DNA of 64,000 nucleotides, from contig JBLNBA010000004.1 in NCBI GenBank assembly GCA_050259635.1, positions 267,005 through 331,004 of the forward strand. Direction: 5' to 3'. The translations under genes and the position numbers were made by a program. Under the pieces are notes generated by a model. That model ran no database searches, was not told where the DNA came from, and worked only from the letters and a program-made list of their open reading frames with translations. Position 1 is the stretch's first letter. Each line of letters begins with the position of its first letter. This stretch comes from Bacillota bacterium. GTDB lineage: Bacteria > Patescibacteriota > Patescibacteriia > Patescibacteriales > UBA12465. Shown piece after piece: positions 17,445 through 26,419 of the stretch.

Positions 17445-18836
17445 TTATTTTCTCTTTATCAATCTCTCTCCCACTCGGAAGATATCCCCGGCTCCCATCA
17501 ACAGGAGGACGTCGCCTGGGCGGAGAGCTTTTTCCAACCACGATAAGGCCTGGTCAAAATCCTTAAGATATTTCACCGGCTGCTTGCGACCAGCCTTTTT
17601 TAAGCCCTCAACTATATCGCGGCTAGAGATACCTCCCTGCTTTTCTCTGGCCGAGCCATATATTTCCAAGATGCCCAAGGCATCTGCGTCATCAAAGCTC
17701 TTAAGGAAACCCTTGAATAAAGCTTTCGTCCTGGTAAAAGTATGAGGATGGAATACTGTCACCAATCTCTTCCCCGGGAATGCTTCCTTAAAAGCGCCTA
17801 AAGTCGCCCGCACTTCAGTCGGATGATGCCCGTAATCATCATAGACCGGAATTCCTTTGTATCTCCCCATAAGCTCCGCCCGCCTGGCAGTTCCTTTGAA
17901 AGACCCGAGTGCCCTCCTAATCTTCTCCGGCCCTAAACCAAGGGCATAGCAAGCGGAAATCACCGCCAGAGCGTTCTCGATATTATGATCCCCAAAAAGA
18001 CGGATACTGAAACGGCCAAAGTCGTTCACCGCAAAAGACTGCTTCCCTTCCTTCCGGCGGATATCATGGGCGACGAATGAAACAGGCGTTTTACCTATCT
18101 TCTTATCTAAACCATAGGTGACAACCTCCCCCTTGCTGCCCGAAAGGAGCTTTATAGACTCCGAGTCCCCCGCGTTAGCGACCAAGAAGCCCTTCTTAGG
18201 CAAACGGGAAATAAAGCGTTCAAAAACCGCCGCATAAGCCTTCTTATCTTTAAAAAAATCAGGATGATCATAGTCGACGTTATTTAAAACGATCCCATAA
18301 GGCTGAAAGTGCCTCAGCTTATCCTGATACTCATCCGCCTCCGCCACGAAGATATCGGACTCTCCACGCACGGCGCTGGCCTTAAACTGCGGAACCCTTG
18401 CCCCGACCAGTACATTCGCCTCCACACCGGAATGGCGCAAAACATATCCTAGCCAGGCAGAAACAGTGGTCTTCCCGTGGCTTCCGCAGACTGCAATCCC
18501 TTTATATGAGCTGAAGAGCGCTCCGATAGCTTCCGCATATTCCATCACTGGCTTCTTAAACTTTTTGCGATTTTCCCGGACAAAAGCTACTTCCTCATTG
18601 TTTTCCGGAGTATAGGCGCTGGAATGGATAATAACCGCATCGCGCGGGATTAATTCCTGATTAAAAAGGCGGAAAGAAATACCTTCACTTTCCAATACTT
18701 TGTCTGTCATGAAGGTATCCGCAATATCGGACCCGCTCACTGCTTTTCCCAGGCCATGCAAAAACTGGGCGAGCATTGTCATGCCCACCCCTTTAATGCC
18801 GATGAAATAGAATTTTTCATGCTTGCTAATATCCAT
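17445..18836 (-). CDS. murC: UDP-N-acetylmuramate--L-alanine ligase
   Basis: 463 aa. FIGIKGVGMTMLAQFL...GSD N-terminus and the GSHGKTT P-loop, in dcw context. Confidence 0.9.
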   Translation of the reverse strand: MDISKHEKFYFIGIKGVGMTMLAQFLHGLGKAVSGSDIADTFMTDKVLESEGISFRLFNQELIPRDAVIIHSSAYTPENNEEVAFVRENRKKFKKPVMEYAEAIGALFSSYKGIAVCGSHGKTTVSAWLGYVLRHSGVEANVLVGARVPQFKASAVRGESDIFVAEADEYQDKLRHFQPYGIVLNNVDYDHPDFFKDKKAYAAVFERFISRLPKKGFLVANAGDSESIKLLSGSKGEVVTYGLDKKIGKTPVSFVAHDIRRKEGKQSFAVNDFGRFSIRLFGDHNIENALAVISACYALGLGPEKIRRALGSFKGTARRAELMGRYKGIPVYDDYGHHPTEVRATLGAFKEAFPGKRLVTVFHPHTFTRTKALFKGFLKSFDDADALGILEIYGSAREKQGGISSRDIVEGLKKAGRKQPVKYLKDFDQALSWLEKALRPGDVLLLMGAGDIFRVGERLIKRK

Positions 18837-19926
18837 ACTGCTTGGTTAGCTCGTCCATCATTTCCGCCCCTTTTTCGGCCGCATCGCGCGGCATCAGGGC
18901 GGCAATCTTGGCAGATAATTCCCGCCGAGCCATGGAATCTTCCATTAATCTTATCAACAACCCCGCCAAGGCTGCAGGCTCTTCTCCCTCTTCAACCTTT
19001 TCGGCTGCTCTCTGCGAGACGAAAAAGGCGGCGTTCTCCTCTTGATGCGACCCCGGCATGGGTATGAGGACTGTAGGCCGGGCAAAGAGCGAAAGCTCGG
19101 TCAAAGCTCCAAGCCCGGCTCGACTAATAACCAAGTCGGCACTAGCCAGTAAAGCCGAAAAATCTCCATGAGACAAGTTTTCGATCACTTGATATCCCTC
19201 CCGCCCAGGAGCTCCCAACCCTTTGCCGGTCCCGGTAAGATGTAAAATCTGCCAGCTTCTGGGCAAGTTCGGTAAAGCTTCGAATATCATTTTATTAAGC
19301 CCAAGGGCGCCGCTGCCTCCACCCGTAACCAGAATGAACGGCCGTCCGGAAACGATACTATATTTTTCCCTGGCCGCCCGTTTCTCTTCTTCGCCAATCT
19401 CCGAAGCCTGGCTGGGATTACCGATCAGCCTCGCCTTGGCGCCATAATCTCCCAGGGATTTAGAAAAAGAAACGGAGACCTTATCTGCAAAAGGAGACAT
19501 CAGGCGATTCGCTAACCCCGGGCGCAGATCCTGCTGATGGATCATAACCTTGGCACCGCAGAGCTTTCCCGCCCAGACGACCGGCACGCTCGCGAAGGAT
19601 CCGGCCGAAACGATCAATGCGGGCTGGCGATGACGGAAGACGCGGTAAACTCGGATAAAGGCCGAAAGAATATTGAAAAGATCAGAAAAATTACGGAAAG
19701 AGAAATACCGCCGCCACTTCCCCGCCGGCACAGAAAGATAATCCGCCCGAAGCGCCAAAAGCGTTTCGCCAAACAAGCGCTTCTCCAACACCGGATCATT
19801 GCCCACGAACAGGAAGCTGGCATCCGCCCGCAGGTGACGGAAGGCGGACGCTAAAGCCAGCGGCGCCGTGCTAGGGCCGCCGGTACCGCCTCCGGAAATA
19901 ACGATAAGTGGCCTATCTCCTTTCAT
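18826..19926 (-). CDS. murG: UDP-GlcNAc:lipid I N-acetylglucosaminyltransferase
   Basis: 366 aa. GGGTGG N-terminal motif, GT28 fold pattern, dcw context. Confidence 0.9.
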   Translation of the reverse strand: MKGDRPLIVISGGGTGGPSTAPLALASAFRHLRADASFLFVGNDPVLEKRLFGETLLALRADYLSVPAGKWRRYFSFRNFSDLFNILSAFIRVYRVFRHRQPALIVSAGSFASVPVVWAGKLCGAKVMIHQQDLRPGLANRLMSPFADKVSVSFSKSLGDYGAKARLIGNPSQASEIGEEEKRAAREKYSIVSGRPFILVTGGGSGALGLNKMIFEALPNLPRSWQILHLTGTGKGLGAPGREGYQVIENLSHGDFSALLASADLVISRAGLGALTELSLFARPTVLIPMPGSHQEENAAFFVSQRAAEKVEEGEEPAALAGLLIRLMEDSMARRELSAKIAALMPRDAAEKGAEMMDELTKQYGY

Positions 19927-21061
19927 ACTTCGCGTGTTTGCTTATATTCACGAGAATAGCAACGGCAATCATGGTCGAGAGGATAGATGATCCACCGGCA
20001 GAAACGAAAGGCAGAGGAACGCCCGTCATAGGAATCAGGTTAATCATCCCCCCGATATTTAAAAAAGTCTGCACGAGCAACCAGGCAACGATACCGGTCG
20101 CCAGAGCGGTGCCATATATATCCGGCGATGCTTGCGCCACCTTAAGGCCGCGGACAAAGAAGCTGCCGTAAAGGAAAATGAGCAGGCCGCTAAAGATGAA
20201 ACCGATCTCCTCGGCAATAATGGGAAATATCGAATCGCCCCATACTTCCGGCAAATACATGAACTTCTGGCGGCTCTGGCCTAGGCCCCTCCCTGTCCAA
20301 CCACCCGAGCCGACGGCGATCAGTGATTGGTTAATCTGATAGCATTCCTCTTGGGAGTCATACCCAGGGTCCTGGTAACAGCGGAAACGGTCATTCTGGT
20401 AAGTCGAGCGAGCATAGAATAGCAAAGCCAGGGCGCCCACGCCGATAAGGATCGTCATCAGGATATGACGGAAACGCCCTCCGGCCACAAAGAAGGCGGC
20501 AAAAGCGGAAAATAAAATAATAAACAAGGTTCCGAAATCCGGCTGCGCCAGCATCAATAAGGCAATCGCCGCCAAGCTTAGAAGGAAAGGCACTATGCCG
20601 CTGCCGGCGTCATGGAGCTTATCCCGCTTCGCTTCCAGCCAAGTGGCGAGATATATGAGGAACGTAATCTTTACCAGTTCGGACGGCTGGAAAGACTGCC
20701 CAAAAATTATGATCCAACTGTGGGCCGTACCGTGCTCCGCCTTGAGGCCGGGAACGAAGACGGTTAAAAGCAAAACGATGGATGCTCCCAGCGCCCAGAT
20801 GGCATAACGGCGCCAGATACGATAATCCATCCTGGAGACGATGAAAAAAAAGCCGAGGCCGATAATGGCGCTGATCAATTGATGGAGGAAATAATGGTAA
20901 GTGTTGCCGAATTTAGCATAGGAAACGACTGCCGAAGCACTGGAAAGCATGACCAGGCCGATTATCAACAAAAAGGCGGCGGAAAACAAAAGCCAGCGAT
21001 CAGGCTCATGTTCGTTCGCTCGAGGAGCAAATAACAAACTAATCTTCTTGCGGATATTCAT
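19913..21061 (-). CDS. ftsW: SEDS-family peptidoglycan polymerase (FtsW/RodA)
   Basis: 382 aa, about 10 TM segments. QPSELVK and SAGGSS-type SEDS motifs. It lies between mraY and murG. Confidence 0.85.
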   Translation of the reverse strand: MNIRKKISLLFAPRANEHEPDRWLLFSAAFLLIIGLVMLSSASAVVSYAKFGNTYHYFLHQLISAIIGLGFFFIVSRMDYRIWRRYAIWALGASIVLLLTVFVPGLKAEHGTAHSWIIIFGQSFQPSELVKITFLIYLATWLEAKRDKLHDAGSGIVPFLLSLAAIALLMLAQPDFGTLFIILFSAFAAFFVAGGRFRHILMTILIGVGALALLFYARSTYQNDRFRCYQDPGYDSQEECYQINQSLIAVGSGGWTGRGLGQSRQKFMYLPEVWGDSIFPIIAEEIGFIFSGLLIFLYGSFFVRGLKVAQASPDIYGTALATGIVAWLLVQTFLNIGGMINLIPMTGVPLPFVSAGGSSILSTMIAVAILVNISKHAKYERR

Positions 21062-21065
21062 ATGC

Positions 21066-22118
21066 CTACCATTGCCTGTCGGCGAGGAAGATTAATAACC
21101 CTAAGACGGCGCCGAGAGCCGCGATCACCCAAAAGCGCATGACAATCTTGGATTCGGGCCACCCGATTGCCTGGAAATGATGATGGATAGGAGAAGACTT
21201 GAAGACCTTCTTCCCTCCCCGTAATTTTTTCGAGGTGAGTTGAATAATGACGGATAATGATTCGACCAGGAAGATAATGCCAATAAGCGGTAGGATAAGG
21301 GCATTGTTTGTGAGCATCGCGATAACCCCCAAGGTCACCCCCATGCTCATCGCCCCGGTATCGCCCATATAAAAACGCGCCGGCGGGATATTAAACCAAA
21401 GGAACGCCAGCAGCGACCCGATGATTACCCCGCAAAAAGCCGCTAATTCATAGCGGCCAAGCACGAAGGCAATTATCCCATACGCCGCAAAAGCGATCAT
21501 CAAAGTCCCCCCGGCCAACCCATCCAAGCCATCCGTTTCATTGACGGAAAAAGAAGTGGCCACGATTACAAAGATAAAGACAGGAATGTACCACCAGGAA
21601 ATTTCGAAGTTGCCGAGGAAAGGGATGTGCAAGACGGTCCAGTCGAGCTTAAAATAAAACCAAGCGGCGCCGGCGGCGGCAATCAGAGTATAGATAAGCA
21701 AGCGATGCTTGAGTTTCAAACCGCCACCCCCGAACACTCCCTTGCCGCTCACATCCAGCCAATCATCCAACAGGCCGATGATAGCGCTGGCTACCAATGC
21801 TCCGAGCGGCAATAATGTCTCCGAGCGAGAAAAGAAATTCAAGTAACGAAATATTTCTCCCGGAAAGACATCCGCCATGAAAGAAAACAGCACCATGAAA
21901 ACCAAAACCGTCCCCCAAATCAAGATGCCGCCCATGGTAGGGGTTCCCGCCTTATGGGCATGAAGCTGGCTAAACACGGGCGTTTCACCGCTATTACGGA
22001 TCTGCTTACCAAGCTTATATTTATACAAGAGATTAGTGAGAATCGGCGTGGCGGCGATAGCGAAGATAAAGGCGAGAGCGGATAAAAGAAGAATCTTCAC
22101 GATATAGAAGAGGATCAT
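21066..22118 (-). CDS. mraY: Phospho-N-acetylmuramoyl-pentapeptide transferase
   Basis: 350 aa, polytopic. NETDGLDGLA, MGDTGAMSMG and PIHHHF motifs. Confidence 0.95.
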   Translation of the reverse strand: MILFYIVKILLLSALAFIFAIAATPILTNLLYKYKLGKQIRNSGETPVFSQLHAHKAGTPTMGGILIWGTVLVFMVLFSFMADVFPGEIFRYLNFFSRSETLLPLGALVASAIIGLLDDWLDVSGKGVFGGGGLKLKHRLLIYTLIAAAGAAWFYFKLDWTVLHIPFLGNFEISWWYIPVFIFVIVATSFSVNETDGLDGLAGGTLMIAFAAYGIIAFVLGRYELAAFCGVIIGSLLAFLWFNIPPARFYMGDTGAMSMGVTLGVIAMLTNNALILPLIGIIFLVESLSVIIQLTSKKLRGGKKVFKSSPIHHHFQAIGWPESKIVMRFWVIAALGAVLGLLIFLADRQW

Positions 22119-22121
22119 AAG

Positions 22122-22538
22122 CTAGGCGAGAAAGTTTATGAGATATAAGGACATCAAAGCGAGCCCGCCCAATACCTGCGCCAGGATGGCGGTAAGCCCT
22201 AAAGCGTGGACTAAGAAATGAAAATGTTCATGTTTAGCGGAGATAACGGCAACAATCGAATTCAAAGACAGCACCCCTAATGAGACGAGAGGAATACGGA
22301 AGGCGTCCCGCGGACTCCCGATAGCGTCTATACCGAAATCAACAGTATAATGGTACACAAAAAGGTCGTTACCCAAGGTAGCGAACATGCGATAAGCGAA
22401 AAACCAAAGCAACAGCTGGACCGCCAAGGCAATAATGAGATACCAGCGGTTAGGACGATAGCGCCAATAGGCCGCCATCGCGAAAGCCACGCTCTGCCTC
22501 CAGGCGTACCAACGTCCGTAAAATTGAAAATAGGCCAT
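22122..22538 (-). CDS. Hypothetical membrane protein (about 4 TM) heading the mraY cluster
   Basis: 138 aa, Trp/Tyr/Arg-rich N-terminus followed by TM segments. It ends 3 nt before the mraY start. I recognise no family. Confidence 0.55.
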   Translation of the reverse strand: MAYFQFYGRWYAWRQSVAFAMAAYWRYRPNRWYLIIALAVQLLLWFFAYRMFATLGNDLFVYHYTVDFGIDAIGSPRDAFRIPLVSLGVLSLNSIVAVISAKHEHFHFLVHALGLTAILAQVLGGLALMSLYLINFLA

Positions 22539-22570
22539 AAATGGAATGTAGAAATGCCTGCTCTAGCGAT

Positions 22571-22621
22571 ATTGTATCATAATCTCCGGCATTTTAAAAA
22601 TCAAGGCTATGATGGTATAAT
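22571..22621. promoter_or_regulatory. Back-to-back divergent promoters sharing one palindromic -35 (TTTAAA)
   Basis: Plus: TTTAAA (22593-98), 17 nt, TGgTATAAT (-10 at 22616-21). Minus: TTTAAA, 16 nt, TGaTACAAT (-10 at 22576-71). The plus -10 ends 6 nt before the ATG at 22628. Confidence 0.45.
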
Positions 22622-22627
22622 GATAAT

Positions 22628-23737
22628 ATGTCTGAAAAGATAGCCAAAAGAATCTGCCGATTGGCAAATGAGCGCGGAAACGGATATTTAAGCTTGGAGC
22701 GTGGAGCTGCTGGCTTATCTTGCGCTTGGGGCGAGGGCCAAGCTACCCAGTTCCTTCGCTTAGATGAGAAAACTGAAACCAGTGTTACCGAGACTTTCCG
22801 TCGCTTAGTAGGTGCGGCGGAAAACGATTTCTTTGCCGATAAGCGTTTCAAAATAGCCGATAAGGGTAAAGTCATAAGCGGACGGGCGACTTTGCTCCCA
22901 GCCAAAGAAGGTGAAAAGTTAATAATTTCCTTAAGTTCAGAAAAACCTTCGGAACGCCGGCTTGGCGCCTTAGGTTTGGAAAAAGAACAACTGGCGGCCG
23001 TTAAAAGCTGTATTAATCGTAAAAGAGGCGTCATCCTTATCTCTGCTGAAGAAGAAGACGGGGCTACCAGCACATATTATTCGCTTCTACGCGAAGCTGC
23101 TAAGAACAGGATTACCTATTCGATTGAAGACTTCCCTGCCCAGTCGATAACTGATGTCGCACAGATCTCTCCTCGACGCTACGGTGGCACCGGTGGCGCT
23201 ATTGACCGCTTATTGCGCACGGACTGTGAAGTTATCGGCTGTGACTCCGCCTTGATCGATGAGGACTTCAGGGCGATTTTTCGAGCTGCCTCAACCGGTC
23301 GGTTAATAATCATGACGCTACCCTATAAGAGCGGAGCCTTGGCCCTGTCCCGGCTTAAAAAAAGCGGACTCTCATCCGATGATATTGCCCGCCAGCTTTT
23401 GTTGGTGCTCACGCAGAAACTTTTCCCCCGTCCCTGCGCTCGTTGCCTCAAGCCAGGCAATCCTGATTCGGAGATCAAACAGAAAATTATCAAGCGCTGG
23501 CCGATAGCGGCCAAACAATGGCCGCGCAAGCTCTACCGTAATATCGGGTGCAGCGCTTGCCGCCAGAATGAAGCCGGAAAGAGGACAGCCGCCTTCGAAG
23601 CCATGCGTTTTCTGCCCGACGGGCGTCTTCAGGCCGGCTTCCAACCCCTAATAATATCCGCCCTCCACAAAGCCGCTTTAGGTTTAGTCGATATTGAAGA
23701 TCTCGCCCTCTGGGCGACCAAGGACAAGAAGATATGA
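22628..23737 (+). CDS. PilB/GspE-type secretion ATPase homolog with degenerate catalytic motifs (predicted pseudo-ATPase)
   Basis: 369 aa, collinear with GspE/PilB. The Walker A position reads SAEEEDGAT, Walker B reads DCEVIGCDSALID and the His box reads TGRLIIMTLPYK. The CxxC...CxxC motif (CARC...CSAC) is retained. Confidence 0.75.
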   Translation: MSEKIAKRICRLANERGNGYLSLERGAAGLSCAWGEGQATQFLRLDEKTETSVTETFRRLVGAAENDFFADKRFKIADKGKVISGRATLLPAKEGEKLIISLSSEKPSERRLGALGLEKEQLAAVKSCINRKRGVILISAEEEDGATSTYYSLLREAAKNRITYSIEDFPAQSITDVAQISPRRYGGTGGAIDRLLRTDCEVIGCDSALIDEDFRAIFRAASTGRLIIMTLPYKSGALALSRLKKSGLSSDDIARQLLLVLTQKLFPRPCARCLKPGNPDSEIKQKIIKRWPIAAKQWPRKLYRNIGCSACRQNEAGKRTAAFEAMRFLPDGRLQAGFQPLIISALHKAALGLVDIEDLALWATKDKKI

Positions 23738-24393
23738 AAGTAACCGTAGTAATCCCCGGATACAACGAAGAAAAGCGGATCGGTACCGTCGTCGCTAAAG
23801 TTCTTCCTTTGGTTGATGAGGTTATCGTTATTGATGACGGCTCGAAGGATGCCACCGCTAAAGCGGCGGAAGCAGCCGGCGCTATCGTGCGCCGCCATCC
23901 GGTCAATCGAGGGCAAGGAGCCGCCTTGCAAACCGGCAGCGACCTCGCCTTTAACCTTGGCGCCGATATCATCGTCCATTTTGATGCCGACGACCAATTC
24001 TCTGCTCCGGAAATAAAGGATGTTATCGCCCCGATTCTGAATAATCAAGCAGACGTAGTTTTCGGTTCCCGTTTTCTGGAAAAGCGCTCGGATCTGCCTT
24101 TCATGAAAAAGTACCTTATCTGGCCGCTAGGCAAACTGGTCAACCGTTTCTTCGGCGTAAAGACCAGTGATCCTCAAAGCGGATTCCGTGCCTATACGCG
24201 CGAGGTAAGCGGAAGTTTCCGTATTGAAAACGACCGCATGGCCCATTGTAGCGAGATCCTGATCAAGTTGAGCCGCGGTCGATGGCGAATCACCGAAGTC
24301 CCGATCACCGTCACTTACCATGAATACGGACAGAAGTTTTCCGGAGGGATCCGGATCTTGAAAGATCTGCTAATAGGGTTCATCAGCAAATAA
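23734..24393 (+). CDS. Family 2 glycosyltransferase (DPM1/GtrB-like catalytic domain, no TM)
   Basis: 219 aa. VVIPGYNEE...VIVIDDGSKDAT...NRGQGAALQTG. The ATGA start overlaps the upstream stop. Confidence 0.9.
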   Translation: MKVTVVIPGYNEEKRIGTVVAKVLPLVDEVIVIDDGSKDATAKAAEAAGAIVRRHPVNRGQGAALQTGSDLAFNLGADIIVHFDADDQFSAPEIKDVIAPILNNQADVVFGSRFLEKRSDLPFMKKYLIWPLGKLVNRFFGVKTSDPQSGFRAYTREVSGSFRIENDRMAHCSEILIKLSRGRWRITEVPITVTYHEYGQKFSGGIRILKDLLIGFISK

Positions 24394-24422
24394 AAAAGGA
24401 TGGATATGAAATCCATCCTTAT
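24392..24422. terminator. Convergent (bidirectional) terminator hairpin
   Basis: aggatggat-atgaa-atccatcct (9-bp perfect stem) with an A-run upstream. It lies between the GT2 stop and the stop of the minus-strand 140-aa gene. Confidence 0.65.
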
Positions 24423-24425
24423 GGT

Positions 24426-24848
24426 TTATACTAAATAAGCCTTGCCTAGATAATAGACAGAAACGAACAAGGCGAGAGAGAGGGAGTACACCAATTGCGT
24501 TCCTCTTTGCTCCTCTATCATGGCATGGAACCATAAACCTCCCAGACCCAATACTCCTACCAAAAGGGCTATAAACATCAGCATCGGATCTATCGGGGAG
24601 CAAATCAGCATCAACCAGAAAAAAGTAAGGAATGATGATCCGATTGTTACCTGGAAGCTCGGTCCGATGATAAGATAGGCAAAGGCAAGATATCCCCCCG
24701 CGAAAATTGAGACAAAAAGGAGCCCATTCTGCGATGCTCCCATGAGAAAATAAATCGTAAATAAAACTGTAGGAGCGATAAGGCCCTTAAGGCAGCTGAC
24801 CAGAGGACGCTCCTCTGCTAATAGCGTTTCTTTCTGATTTTCTTCCAT
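24426..24848 (-). CDS. Hypothetical membrane protein (4-5 TM)
   Basis: 140 aa and very hydrophobic. It is the only minus-strand gene inside the plus-strand glycosylation island. Confidence 0.55.
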   Translation of the reverse strand: MEENQKETLLAEERPLVSCLKGLIAPTVLFTIYFLMGASQNGLLFVSIFAGGYLAFAYLIIGPSFQVTIGSSFLTFFWLMLICSPIDPMLMFIALLVGVLGLGGLWFHAMIEEQRGTQLVYSLSLALFVSVYYLGKAYLV

Positions 24849-24927
24849 GACTGTAAAATTATTGTTAGATTGTTAATGTGCTTCCGACCATAATAAAATA
24901 TTTATTTAATTTTGTCAACTACTAAAT

Positions 24928-25245
24928 ATGTTGCAACAAATCATCGCCTTAATCTTCATCGCCTTCTTCATCTGGCGATTGCTAATCCAGAAAAAACGTA
25001 AGCAGGTAGGAAGCAACGAATTCGTCTTCTGGCTGTCCTTCTGGATAGTCGGCGCTTTAGCGATTATCTTTATCCGCGCCCTAGACCGCCTGCTATCGGC
25101 CATCGGCTTCTCCGGTTCTGGCATAAACTTCCTTCTTTACCTCGCTGTCATCACCTTATTCTATTTCGTATTCAAGCTCCGATTGAAACTGAGCAAACTG
25201 GAAACGAGCCTCACTGAGCTCGTACGAACGGTCACTCTCAAATAA
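24928..25245 (+). CDS. Small membrane protein, DUF2304-like (tentative)
   Basis: 105 aa, 3 TM plus a C-terminal coiled-coil-like tail (KLSKLETSLTELVRTV). Its size and GT2 neighbourhood fit DUF2304. Assignment is by recollection only. Confidence 0.45.
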   Translation: MLQQIIALIFIAFFIWRLLIQKKRKQVGSNEFVFWLSFWIVGALAIIFIRALDRLLSAIGFSGSGINFLLYLAVITLFYFVFKLRLKLSKLETSLTELVRTVTLK

Positions 25246-25248
25246 GCT

Positions 25249-26418
25249 ATGAAGATCGCCCAGATAGTTTGCGCCTTTCCGCCCTATGCCGGCGGAATCG
25301 GGCAAAGCGCCTATCGGCTCGGCCAGATCCTGAGCCGCGAACATCAAGTGAGCACCTTCACTTTGGCCCCGGAAGAAGAAAAGATACCGGCGGCCATTTT
25401 AGGAGAGCAGAAAATATTTTATCTCCGCCCCCGCCTGCGTTCGGGACATGGCGCTTTTCCCTTTTCCCTGCTCTTCCGGCTCTTGCCCTATAACGTTGTT
25501 TATCTCCATTATCCCTTTTTCGGAGCGGATGCCATCATCTTCCTCCTTTGCGCCCTGCGCCCTTCTCTACGCCTAATCGTCCATTACCACATGGACACTC
25601 CCGCCTTGCCGGGGATCAAGAAGATCTTGTCGCTTCCCTCCCGCCTCTTCTTCTTCCGCCTGATGAGACGCGCCGAGAAGATTATCGTGAGCAGCCGCGA
25701 TTATGCCGAGCACAGCAAGCTAGCGACTATCGCCAGCCTTTATCCGGAGAAGATCAAGGCCGTCCCTTTTGGCATAGAAACGGATATCTTCCACCCGAAG
25801 AATCGGCCGGAGGGCCAAAGCAAGGCAGCGGAAATCGTGGATTTCGTCACTCGCCGCTTCATAAAGCATGGCGGCCACACGCTTCTATTTGTCGGCGGCT
25901 TAGATAGCGCCCACTATTTTAAGGGCTTGAGCATCCTCATTAAATCGCTTTCTTCCCTGAGACAACCGACCACCCTGCATGTCGTCGGGGACGGAGACCT
26001 CCGTCCGCAATATGAACAGGAAGCCAAGGCGGCAGGAATAGAAAAAAACGTCCGCTTTCTTGGCCGCCTGAACGAAGAGGACCTGATCCGAGAATACCAA
26101 ACAGCCGATCTCTTGGTTCTCCCCTCGATCAATACCCACGAAGCTTTCGGGTTGGTCCTGATCGAAGCCATGGCCTGCGGTCTTCCGGTAATCGCCAGCA
26201 ATCTTCCCGGCGTCCGGAGCGTGTTCAGGGACGGACGAGATGGATATGTGGTTGAACCCGGTGATTCCTCCGACCTGGCAGCGAAGATCGAACTTGCCTT
26301 AGCGGATGATAAGCAGAGGCAGGAAATGTCCCGTTCCGCCAGGAATTATGCGGTTGAGCACTATGGCTGGGAACAGATCGCAGACCGCATTCTCGATGAA
26401 TTCTCTGAAATAGACTGA
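25249..26418 (+). CDS. GT-B glycosyltransferase, family 4/1
   Basis: 389 aa. PPYAGGIG N-terminus and C-terminal EAFGLVLIEAMACGLPVIASNLPG (E-x7-E type motif). Confidence 0.9.
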   Translation: MKIAQIVCAFPPYAGGIGQSAYRLGQILSREHQVSTFTLAPEEEKIPAAILGEQKIFYLRPRLRSGHGAFPFSLLFRLLPYNVVYLHYPFFGADAIIFLLCALRPSLRLIVHYHMDTPALPGIKKILSLPSRLFFFRLMRRAEKIIVSSRDYAEHSKLATIASLYPEKIKAVPFGIETDIFHPKNRPEGQSKAAEIVDFVTRRFIKHGGHTLLFVGGLDSAHYFKGLSILIKSLSSLRQPTTLHVVGDGDLRPQYEQEAKAAGIEKNVRFLGRLNEEDLIREYQTADLLVLPSINTHEAFGLVLIEAMACGLPVIASNLPGVRSVFRDGRDGYVVEPGDSSDLAAKIELALADDKQRQEMSRSARNYAVEHYGWEQIADRILDEFSEID

Positions 26419-26419
26419 T

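Noticed and set aside
22594-24048. Three minus-strand ORFs (22594-23073, 23490-23972, 23629-24048) antisense to the PilB-like and GT2 genes.
   Set aside because: The plus-strand products align along their length to known families (T2SSE, GT2). The minus-strand translations are Arg/Ala/Ser-rich and look like noise.
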